Shown here: positions 42,764 through 53,500 of the stretch, piece after piece | How the letters are laid out: each line of letters starts with the position of its first letter | Position numbering within the stretch: position 1 is the stretch's first letter | Source: Tubiluchus corallicola | Taxonomy: Eukaryota; Animalia; Priapulida | Assembly (NCBI GenBank): GCA_030141605.1 | Contig: JAQGDQ010000417.1 | Location: 1 to 64,000, forward strand | Length of the DNA: 64,000 nucleotides | Direction of reading: 5' to 3' | Program-made: the position numbers and the translations under genes | Notes under the pieces: model-generated | Seen by the model: only the letters and a program-made list of their open reading frames with translations | Database searches by the model: none | Told to the model about the DNA's origin: nothing

Positions 42764-44760
42764 TCAATTCAATTTATTTGTTAACTCCGCAAGAATTATC
42801 AAAATATATCATTAGGAATACATGCAATATTATGTAAAAAGGAGAAAGGCAGCGAAGAACCCGTAGGTTATCTAGTCAGCCACCCTTAAATAGCTAGTAT
42901 TAAATAAAATTAATTTTGGCACCGTTCTCAATTTAAATTTGAATTCTGTTGACGTGTGTAATTGGCAATTAAATGATGGGAAACGCAATACTGTAGAACA
43001 TTATAACAAACAAAAATTTACAGTTCTAAAATACTGTGAATATGTGAATCAAACATAATAAAAATAAGATAAAATTTTTAACATAACAGAACATGGATAC
43101 TGTGAGCATTAACTAAACAATCCGGCAAAAAAACAAAAAACAGTAGAATAGTCAAACAAAGATGTTCGTAAAAAGAATATAATAAATGAAACCAAAGAAA
43201 AATAAGGTATAAATCATACAAAACAAAACAAAAAACAGAAGCAAATAAGAAAAAACAAAACTGATATGTTGTTATAATAACATCAATGACTGAAGTTGTC
43301 GAGAAAGAGAATATAATAAATTAAACCATCGAAAAATTAAATCAACTGTAAATAAGACAAAATGAAATCAAAATATAGCAAAAACTTATAGTGTCGTATA
43401 CAGTCATGTAGTATCATATCACATATATATATCATGTAGTAAAGTACAATAATAATTTCTTTTGGCTACATTTATGAATTTGTTAGAAAACTGTTTATAT
43501 TGATTAATTTTTAAGATACTAGTTGTAGTCTTACAGTCCTTGTATAATCTACCTTTTGTTTTTATTGACACAAAAATACCTTTAGTTAACCATGGCTTGG
43601 AGAAAGTTACTTTTTCTTTTCTTGACAATGTCTTAAGTGGGGCATGTTTATTAAGAACTTATTCATATATTTGGAAAAAAGTACAGAAGGCAGAATTAGC
43701 TGGTACCTAGGAAAAGTCAACAGCATCGATCTTATTTTGCAAATCCTCCAGAAATGAATTCAAGTTAAAATTCCGTTTATTCTTGATTTTAATTTTCTTT
43801 TTAACTATCAAGTTACCAATATTTTTAATAATAGCAAACACTGGTAGATGATCCGACACGTCATGGAGTATAATACCAGATACAATTGGATTAAATAGAT
43901 TATTTGTATATATATGGTCAATAAGTGTCTGAGAATGGTTGGTCATTCGAGTTGGTCGTGTTACTAATGGAAAAAACTGATTAGAGTAAAGTAAATTCAA
44001 ATAATCTGCAATAAATGTTTTCTCTTCTATTTGCGTAAGATTAAGATTGATATCGCCACAGATATAACAAGTCTTCCCTGACTCATTAATGGCTGATAAT
44101 ATAGAATCCATCTCGCTGTGAAAATGATGGACATTGGTATTTGGGTGTCGATAGATCACACCAAATGTGATTGTTTTAGAATGCAAGTTTTAGAATCAAT
44201 ATGCAAGAATGTATAGTTTGGTAAACTCGTTATAAAAGATTGATTAAGTTCGTTCAATCTTGTTTCCGATATTTCAATAATATCGGGAGGAACAGTAAAA
44301 TGCATGAGTACTTTTAGCATATTAGAAAATCTCTTCTGAATACTATTGAGATTAAAATTTACTGTTAATAAATCATTATTGGGCTTTTTTAAATTAGAAT
44401 TTGTCTCTAGTGCATGCAAACTATAGTATTTACTATCAAACCTGGTAAGATGTACATCAGGATCAGCATGATCCCATTTTGGTTTTGCGAGTGAAGGAAA
44501 ATCAAGTAAAGAAGACAGACAGTATACATTTGTTAGATTTGAACACAATTCGCATAATTCAGCATCATCAATACACTGAAATGGCAAAGATTCATTTATA
44601 CATTTTAAACAAAAGTAATTATCAGAAGACAGAGCATAGTGATTAAATTCATTCACACTCAACATGGTGCACTTGAGGTGTACCTACATGTTACAAACGT
44701 CACAACAGATACATTTTTAATTTTTTACAGGATTTAAAACAGGATACACAATGGAAATTT
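42764..44760 (-). mobile_element. Decayed CR1/L2-group LINE: ORF2 PHD finger and APE endonuclease, RT missing, 3' tail retained
   Basis: Frameshifted PHD (CVSC..CCDVC..VHLKC..YFCLKC); APE motifs ISETRL, GVIYRHP, ICGDINLN, PTRMT..TLIDHIYTN and SDHLPVF, then KPWLTKGI; AATAAATTGAATTG tail at about 42764-42780. Confidence 0.88.
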
Positions 44761-46364
44761 TTCCACTAATTAATTATGATAGAAAATGAAGTTTGTGATG
44801 CATTAGCACCTTGTAGTGAGTTTACCTAGGTCCTCCTCACATTGAATTTCAATGAATTCTGTATCTCAATTCAGATCTAATCCAGTTTTGTGAGCAATTA
44901 ACTTAGTAAATTCCGCTTTAAATCTCCTAGCTGGGGCGCAGTAGTCCAAAAACTTCCAAGGTAAAGTTTACTAACAATCTTTGTCACCACTCGCCATTCA
45001 TCATCACATGAATCGCATAGCCCTCGATTCATTGCTGTACTGTACCTCATTTTAAAGTGCTTCACGGGGCGAATATCCAAGAAAACTACTGTGATAGAAG
45101 ATTGGCAGATTGTAATGAAGCATACCAGCAGTTAATGATTTCTTTATGACTGTTGCCGATGCAGTGCTCTTGCACTGAGCATCTTATAATTATTTTGTCA
45201 CTGTAGCAACTACAATCTTCTGATTTGCACTGAACATTTTATGCAATGTGCCGTTACAAGAGTATGAAAACGTAAATTATAACTGTGAAAAATAGATGGC
45301 AGCATTAGAATACTATTACTATTATCACCACTTATAGATGTTATGTTTCTTATGCAAACCATGGAGATGTCACTTACAAGGTTCATGCTCTCAAGCAGCA
45401 TTGTGACTTTGGCTTAAAATTCTAGAAGCTCTTCCAAGCTTGAAGAGTAAATGGACGGGTTGCTCACAAAAAAGTTTTAGCTAAGAAACGAAATTGCAGT
45501 GAAGTGCAAATTTGAAGCTAATAATGCCAGATACGCATGTTTGGTCGGATGTGCAACACTAATAATTGTTTGATACAATTTGTCGTCATCATTATCATAA
45601 TCTAATTACTGCACCCTCATGTGCAAAGCATTTAAATCTTTGGTGTCTCCTATTATCACTAGGGATATAAATACTTTATTCTCTAACAGAGTGTGACTGC
45701 ACTGAGCAGCTTTCCTGCTACAGATACCGTTTCAGAAATGAGTCCTGAGAAATGGGCCTAAATTATATTTCAAAAAATTTATGCGAAGCATTTTCATATT
45801 GCCTTTTTCGATTTCGTGGAAATTTCTTTAGAACTTGTTCGACTTAGTTACTTTGAGAAGGTTTGTTCAACCAATTGAGCGATTTTGCATATCTTTGTTA
45901 ATGCTGCGTGTTTTTGGCAGTTACTTATCTTACTGGATCCAGATCTCTTATTCGTTGGCTATTCTATCTATCCAGTATAGTATAAATATAGATAGGGTAG
46001 TTCTTTGGCAGCGGTGTAATCACTTTGACAACCCTAATCTTTTAAAACCACTTTAGTACACCTTTCATTATACGTAAATTTCCTAAATTGTATGAACGTG
46101 TTGCGATTCAGTTGTTCTGGTTATTCTAAAGAAAGCCTGTAACTGTAAGCAAATGGTTAGTGGTGCCAGAGAGTCTGTGGTATATCGTTGTGGTATGCTA
46201 GTAGTACTACAGCGAATGTATAATCTGTAATGTAATGCATCACAATGTTAAATCCTCACCTATGCAACAAAATGTTACTGGAGCCACTGCTAATGATTCT
46301 AGTATTCTACAATCTTATAAGTGCATTTAGCGATGGGCAGCCAGACAGTAACAAACACGTGTAA

Positions 46365-47318
46365 GGCTGCCAGGCCATAGAAACTCACGCTTCATGCCTC
46401 ACGCTCATGCTTCACGTCTAAACGCGTGAGTGGAAAAATGAACAAACGTAATCTTATTTGCGGTGCGCCATAGACCTCCGCTCACGCCTCACACTTCAAG
46501 CTTCACGACTCACGCGTGAAGTTAGAAGTGAACATGTTCACTTTTTCGAGACGTGAGTCCGGGGGCAGACTGGATATCAGAGCGTTTTTTGACTGCTCTT
46601 GGTCCTGAGGACTATTCATTTCACGATCAGAGTTAGAACGGGACATTGTGACCTAAACCTTTTCATATTTTTCACTTTCGTTTTTCGGTTTTTGTTTTTA
46701 TTATATGGTCATGTCAGTATATCTGAAAAACATAAAATAATTAAATTTTACCCTTCAAAAACATTTTGGAATTTTTGTGTGGCCTTTCTTTTTTATCGGG
46801 GGGGGGGGGGGTGTTTAGATCTACTTTTTTATGTGGTCATGTCAGTGCATGCTTATCTGACAAACATACTTTGACTAGTAATTACCACCTGAGAGTTATG
46901 ATGAGCTTTTGTTCTGCTTCGATTGGCCTCCTCCAATTTGAATGGCGTGGCTTCAGATGTCCTAGCACGAGGGACTTTAATGTACTGTAAGTCTTGTACG
47001 ACATCCTTGTATAATTATGAAATAGTTCTTCATCAGGATGGTCCACGAGGTGTTGAAATGTCCGCTGAAATTCTCCTCTGGATTCTCTGAGCAAAAAATG
47101 CTCCCGGCACCATATTCTCCGTCTCTTTCGCTTCCTTCTTCTGAGACACAACAAAATCAAGAAATCTTCCTCGTCAGATGATTCCATTTTGAATGCACAA
47201 CGCAGACTCGTGTGTGAAGCGTGAGAGCATGAGCCCCTATGGCCCAGTGGGCCGTGAAGCATGAAGCATGAAGTATGAAGCGTGAGGCATGAAGCATGAG
47301 TTTCTAAGCCTGGCAGCC
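46365..47318 (-). mobile_element. PIF/Harbinger internally deleted element
   Basis: Long TIRs GGCTGCCAGG..TAGAAACTCA.GCTTCATGCCTCACGC; TAA TSD at 46362-46364 and 47319-47321. Confidence 0.92.
46889..47187 (-). pseudogene. N-terminal fragment of a Harbinger (HARBI1-like) transposase
   Basis: MESSDEED..RRIW..RESRGEF..FHNYTRMSYKTYSTL..RRPIEAEQKLIITLR matches the typical Harbinger transposase N-terminus; no DDE region follows. Confidence 0.85.
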
Positions 47319-48325
47319 TAAGGGCATTTTAAACTAAAAGGGCAAAACATTTTTCACAGTGGGAAGCGTTTTGGAAATCAGTAATTTGATTGCAGGTAGT
47401 TGTTTGTATACTCATTTCAATGATTGATTTTTAAATCATAAATTGTAAAAAAATTTAACCTGAAAAAATCCATCAAAGTAATTGAGCTGTGTAATTAACT
47501 CACATTTTATTACTTGAAGAAGTCTGTAATTTTACTTTGTTTTGCATTCTTACAAGCAAAATTTGTAATGAAATGATGTAAATGTTCCATTGAACATTGA
47601 ATATCTGGTTGAACTTACTGACTAATTTAAACCACCTTTAAAGCTTTAAACCAACCTATGCACAATGGTTGTAAAAAATGTAGCTGCGATGAATGTAGGT
47701 AAAAATGGCATAGAAGAAAATAACACGCTTAGTAACATATGTGTTTAGGGTTAGGATAACATAGTAGCAGATAATTATTTCAGTTATTTTTACCTCTGCC
47801 GAGGAAGTTGTGCTTCTATATAGTTTGTTTGTTTAGTTTTTGTCTGTTATGACTGTAAGCCTATTATGCAAAATCTGTCTAACAGATTTCCAAGAAACTT
47901 TGTAAAGAAAGGCGGGTATAGGCTGCCAAATTTGAATCTTTTCGCCGGTTCTTTTTCGCAAAACTTTGTACCAGATATGGGTCTGCACAAATATCGAGTC
48001 TCAATAAGCCCCCTATTCTAGTTCACTAGTTTTGTTAAGGGAGCAGAATTGTATGTGCGTCTGGGTAGGATTTTTCTGCCAACCTATTGTTTAATCTGTA
48101 TGAACTATCCATTATAATGACTTAAATCCAATATACAGTAAGTTGTGTGCTACATCCTGTCTTGGACAGTGCCAGACTATAGAAAAATGCTGCTCATCGT
48201 TTGGATGCGCCCCCGCTATTGTTGTCTCTCTGTTTTTCTCTTGCTTTTGTCTATGATTGTACTTTTAATCTTTTGCATTTTGTACAAGTTGTACAATTTG
48301 TTGAAATTCACCTTACGTTTTGCAG

Positions 48326-49603
48326 ATGTCAGCAGGGCAAACACTCGGAGAGCTGCTGTATAATAATGAAAAATACCGTGACGTAATGTTCTTAGTCGGC
48401 AAGGATTTGACTCCTTTTCCTGCGCATCGAATTGTGTTAGCGAGTAGGTCTAGTGTATTTGATAGGATGTTTTGCTGGTCGTGGGCTGATGAACCAATTC
48501 CCATACCTGATGTTGAGCCAACGATATTCCAACTTTTATTACGATTTATTTACACCGACAAAGCGGAACTTACGGGAGAAAACGTACTTGCCGCCATGTA
48601 TATAGCAAAAAAGTATGCAGTAGTTGAGCTTGAACAATTAACTATCGAGTTTTTAGAGTCTAACATTTGTCCAGATAATGTGATTACGATTCTGGAGGCA
48701 GCAGCTATGTATGAAGCAATAGATACAGAGGATAAATGCTTGGACGTGCTAGACGAAAGAACTAAAGAAGTCATTAAGTCTGAAGATTTCTTGACATCGG
48801 GTTACAATACGTTGATGATGATCGTGAAGCGTGACTCGCTTAACGTGGATGAAGTTGATCTCTTTGAAGCAGTCGTGAAGTGGGCAGAGGCGGAGTGCAT
48901 ACACAAAAATGTTCAGCCAACCTCTTCCAACAAGCGGACATGTCTAAACAAGCTCTTGTTTGAAATACGATTTCCGGTTATGGACAGCGTGACGTTTTTG
49001 CAAGTTGTTGTTAAGTGCGGCATCTTGACCGAGAACGAAGTCAACAACGTGTTGAGGTACCACTCCCGGGGCAGAAAAGTGGACCCAATCTTCAAAACGC
49101 GCAAACGGCGCTATGAAATGAAAGCCGTCTTTACGATACCATTAACCGAGATTCACGATGCGCCAGACATTTGTTTTTTGGACAAGTTGGTGAGTCCCAG
49201 CAGCGGTGCATATAAAGCCGTTTGCTCGTGGCAGATGGGACTAGTCCGATGTGGAGGATGGAATCTCTGTAGCAACGACAACTTTGGACAAAGCCGCCGT
49301 GGTGGTTGTTGCGTTAACGCTTGCATTTATCTCAAATCCAGTCATGAGTTGATATGTAAAAACAGTTGGTTAGAACTAGTGAATTATGATCTTGCAAAAA
49401 ACATTAAGATTGTTCTCACTAAAGAACTCATGCACAACCGCTGGAACGAGAACAACATTATTCAGTACGATACTCTCATGAATCCGTCTTCCGGATTTAG
49501 CATCAACGGAGCACTGCGGATAAAACTCCATTTGAAAGTGCGCCCATGGGAAAGCATCGTTAACAAATTTTACTCCGTTTTACAGGAAAACCACGTGGAC
49601 TGA
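48326..49603 (+). CDS. BTB/POZ-BACK protein (BTBD1/2/3/6-like N-terminus) with MATH-like C-terminal domain, 425 aa
   Basis: DVMFLVG..FPAHRIVLASRSSVFDRMF..IPDVEPTIFQLLLRFIYTD (BTB); RDSLNVDEVDLFEAVVKWAEAEC..IRFPVM (BACK); ATG at 48326 directly follows acceptor TTTTGCAG, so an upstream exon is likely. Confidence 0.9.
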   Translation: MSAGQTLGELLYNNEKYRDVMFLVGKDLTPFPAHRIVLASRSSVFDRMFCWSWADEPIPIPDVEPTIFQLLLRFIYTDKAELTGENVLAAMYIAKKYAVVELEQLTIEFLESNICPDNVITILEAAAMYEAIDTEDKCLDVLDERTKEVIKSEDFLTSGYNTLMMIVKRDSLNVDEVDLFEAVVKWAEAECIHKNVQPTSSNKRTCLNKLLFEIRFPVMDSVTFLQVVVKCGILTENEVNNVLRYHSRGRKVDPIFKTRKRRYEMKAVFTIPLTEIHDAPDICFLDKLVSPSSGAYKAVCSWQMGLVRCGGWNLCSNDNFGQSRRGGCCVNACIYLKSSHELICKNSWLELVNYDLAKNIKIVLTKELMHNRWNENNIIQYDTLMNPSSGFSINGALRIKLHLKVRPWESIVNKFYSVLQENHVD

Positions 49604-49945
49604 TTGACCAAATCAAATTACGATTTTGTTGTTTCAAACGTGGTATCACGACTTTGCATTATTAATCAGATGCAGCTTGTTCTACGTGGATTGCAATGAA
49701 TGGAAAAAATAAACGATTTCCAAACGAAAGTTGATAAAGTTTACCAACAAAGTGACAAACATCGTTGCATGAGGACTTGAACTTTTAGCTCATGATCATA
49801 TTTGCCTGTGAATTCTCTTCAAGTTTTTTTTTGTACATTCGTATCAAAAGATAAGTTTCCCCGTTTTTATATACCATCAGGTATAGTGTCTTGACTGCAT
49901 TGGGTATTTTAACAAGAAAAATTAATATAAACAATTATTTATAGA

Positions 49946-50284
49946 TGCACTCATAACTCGGTTTGCCGGACAAAACAGGGAAGATGTCGGTCCCAACTTG
50001 CCGATTGTCCGTATTTGCCAATACTAAGCTAATACAGTAGGCGCAGTGTATTAGACTCATGGTAATGTAGAATAAATCATCTAATTGGCTCAAAAAAGTG
50101 CGGGCCGCTCCTGACATACGAGTTACACACGTGTTGTTACACGCTGCTTAGTTAGACTGATGTAATGATGTAAACAAAGTGACGGCTCAGCAAGTAGTGG
50201 TCAGCTCACAAAACAACGGACTGTGTCTGTAGTATGTGGGGTTTTCCGTAAAAGCGAGGTCCGGTAAACCGAGACATGAGTGCA
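49946..50284. mobile_element. Unclassified ~340-bp element with 26-bp terminal inverted repeats
   Basis: TGCACTCATAACTCGGTTTGCCGGAC / GTCCGGTAAACCGAGACATGAGTGCA. Confidence 0.65.
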
Positions 50285-50582
50285 AGTTTATTATTTACTT
50301 AACGTAAAAATGTTATTATTTATAATAAAACTTTACTTTATGTTAAAAAAACATCATTCAAATGTAAAAATGTAATTTATTGTAAAAAGATAATAGACAA
50401 AAGAGGTTAAATGCATTAACATTTACATAAAAAGTCACATTTACATATGACAAGAAACTTGTTAACTCTGGCCGCTGAACGTCAACAATAGTTGCTCTTC
50501 AATGTAAGCGTCTGCATTTATAGTCTCGCCCTCTGTTGGTAGAAAACACAAACTTTGTCAAAGTTGTCACCAAAAACTTGAA

Positions 50583-53500
50583 TCACTTATTACTATATGA
50601 ATCTTTCTGTGCTGTAATCTCGTCTAAGTACTTCTTCCAATCCGCTGTTGACTCCGGATACTTTTCTATCAAATGCTGAATAAAATATTCAAAATGTATT
50701 ACATCATAACAATAATTAAAGTACGACTCTATGTGTACGTAATGCGTAATCTATAGTGTATGATATGTACAGTGTTCCCTCACTTATCACGGGTGTTCCA
50801 TTGCAGGCCCACCCGCGATAAGTGAATTCCCGCGAAGTAGGGACGCTATACTTATTTTAGTAGTTATACATTTTTAGTCTTTATAAACACTCTTATACAT
50901 AACCCACACTCTTATACATAACCCTTTCCCATTCCCTTAATAACCGTTCCCATACTGTACTTGTACCTTTTAAAAAACTTTACGTAAATTTTCATAAAAA
51001 TGTTTTAAACTCTTAAACCTAGATATGTAATTTTAAAAATTCGATTTGGAGTACCGCAAAAACCCGCGAAACAGCGAAAATACCGCGATAAATATTTTAC
51101 ATTAATATTTTTGAAAACCAGCGAAACAGCGAGTCCACGTTAAACGAACCGCAAAGTAGCGAGGGAACACTGTATTCATTCGAACATGATCGCTATCGTT
51201 TCTTTTCCATCTAATAGTACAATAATAAGCCGTAGCTGTAATTATCACACATTTCGACAGAGACATGGTTTCCAAAAAAATTATTGCTTGCCAATTTTCA
51301 GGAATAGCGACCCAAAAAGGCGTAAAGAGCGATGTGAGCTCTGTTAATACACATAACGCTTACAAACACGTGGAAAAAGTCAATCACATGGAGTCGTAGC
51401 TTTACGAGTCAGAAGCTAAGATGAAACGAAAAGTTCACCTGTAAATGAGAAGCTATTAGATTCTAACCACACCTGCATGATTAAGTGGTAGGTGCTTAGT
51501 CCTTCCTTAGCGGTTGTTGAGTCTTCACCACGAATTGACAGTAACTTCATAACGTCGAGCTAAAAAATGAAAAATAAAATTGTTTTTCAACTTTGGTCAG
51601 TCTGACTCTGTAGTCCTATTAAATGAGGATGAATAGACAACGTTGAAAGAACAAATTGTAACTCTCATGCTACCGTACGTTGTACATTTTTATTGTTCGT
51701 AAAACCTCGGTAACTCTTCCTAGGTCTTGAAACCAACCGGGTAACTGAGTCTCAAATTGATGCAAGCATTTTCGTTTAGCTCTGCAATAGTTTTTACCTT
51801 GAATAGTTTTTCCATGGTGTTCGGAAGACTTTCGGCAATTTGTCTGCAACAAAAAAGTCGTAAGAACCAGCTGACTGCATCGTGGAACTTTCAAGTTTTG
51901 GCTCCTTATAATTCAATTCAACGAGAATTCCATATTTTAAAAGTGCATCAAAAATGCTTAGTTACAACTTTGTCGTGAATCCTTAAAAATGGCATAACGT
52001 TGGCCTAAAGCTGAAGATTACCATACAATCATAATTTTTTAACTTTTTTCAATTCTAATAACAAGTTTAAATCAAGATGTATGAAATTTGGATGTGCAGT
52101 TTTAGGTGCAGGTGATAGTAGCGATATTCGCTAAACATTTTTGTGGGCACGAGAACCGTCAACTAATTAAAAAATCTTGACTAGACTTAAACAAGCAAGA
52201 TATTTCCAATTTTTTCTCAATGAATGTGTCATTGCTATCCACTAATACATTTTGAGATTCTTTGGGCATGCAATAGAGCTACAGAAATAATAGCATTCCA
52301 TCAAACACATGCTTGGCACTTCCTTATTCAGAGTGCCGGGTGACTTGTGCATATAATATAATGCATACTCGGGCTTAGTGCTCCGACACTCGTAATAAAA
52401 TGATAAAATCATACTAAATGTCACCAGAAATAATCTGCAAAATTTTGAACAATTTTTCATTTTCATTGCAGTTCACAGGCAGAAGATTTGTCTTAACAAG
52501 AATGAGAGTCATTGTCATAAATTCCTCATTTGTGTTCTAGATCACAAGAGGCTAGCAATTTTTGGTTGGCAGCTAGAAATTGGTTGTCTGTGCTAAACAT
52601 GAATTGTATTGATGCTTTGGAAGCCTTGTTTACCGATATCAATTGCTATTGTCAGTTATTTAAAAAATTGTTGATGATTGAGCAAATGGTTTTTCCATTA
52701 ATGGCATTTCTTTACCTCTGTTACCTGTGCTGGTTCAAACCAGTCAGTCACCTAAATTCTCTGACTATTATGATACTCACGCAATAAGATCGATGACTGC
52801 CCATTGTTCTACACAGCATGGTAACGGCTCTTCAGACTCCTGAGTTAAACTCCCAGCTGAAGTGCTTTCTGGTTTAACTGTATGCAAAGAAAATTCTTAA
52901 AATTGGGACACTTTTGCCCAAGACAAAGACATCAAAACAATTTCAGGGGCAAGAAATTTTAGCAAATTGGCGTTTTAGTAATTTTGCCAACTCCTTAAGT
53001 TCTTATGTAAAACAACATTATATTCCTCAAGTTTCAAACCAAAATGGGACTTGCCCCAGAAGGGAATTCGTGGAATTGGCAGTGATGTGTGAAACCCCCA
53101 CGCAGACTGAGATGGCTTCCCATTCATACAGGACATTTGTTTCCACAACAAATAGTCATTATTCACAATAGCCCAAGCAGAAAATTTGGAAAGATGGAAG
53201 TGAGAGAGAGAGATGAGGAGGGGAGGGGAGAGATGGTGAAAGAGGAGAGAGAGAGAGAGAGGGGGAGGGAGAGAGAGAGATGAGGAGGGGAGGGGAGAGA
53301 GAGAGAAAGACAGAGAAGAGAGAGAGAGGGTGGGACGTAGAGAGAGAGAAATGGAGGGAGAGAGAGAGAGAGAGAGAGAGATGAGGAGGGGAGGGGAGAG
53401 ATGAAGAGAGAGAGAGAGAGAGAGACAAGAACAGCTTAAAAACATAGACTATTTTTCATTCGTAATACACATTCTCTAATATTTGAAATATTAAATTAAA

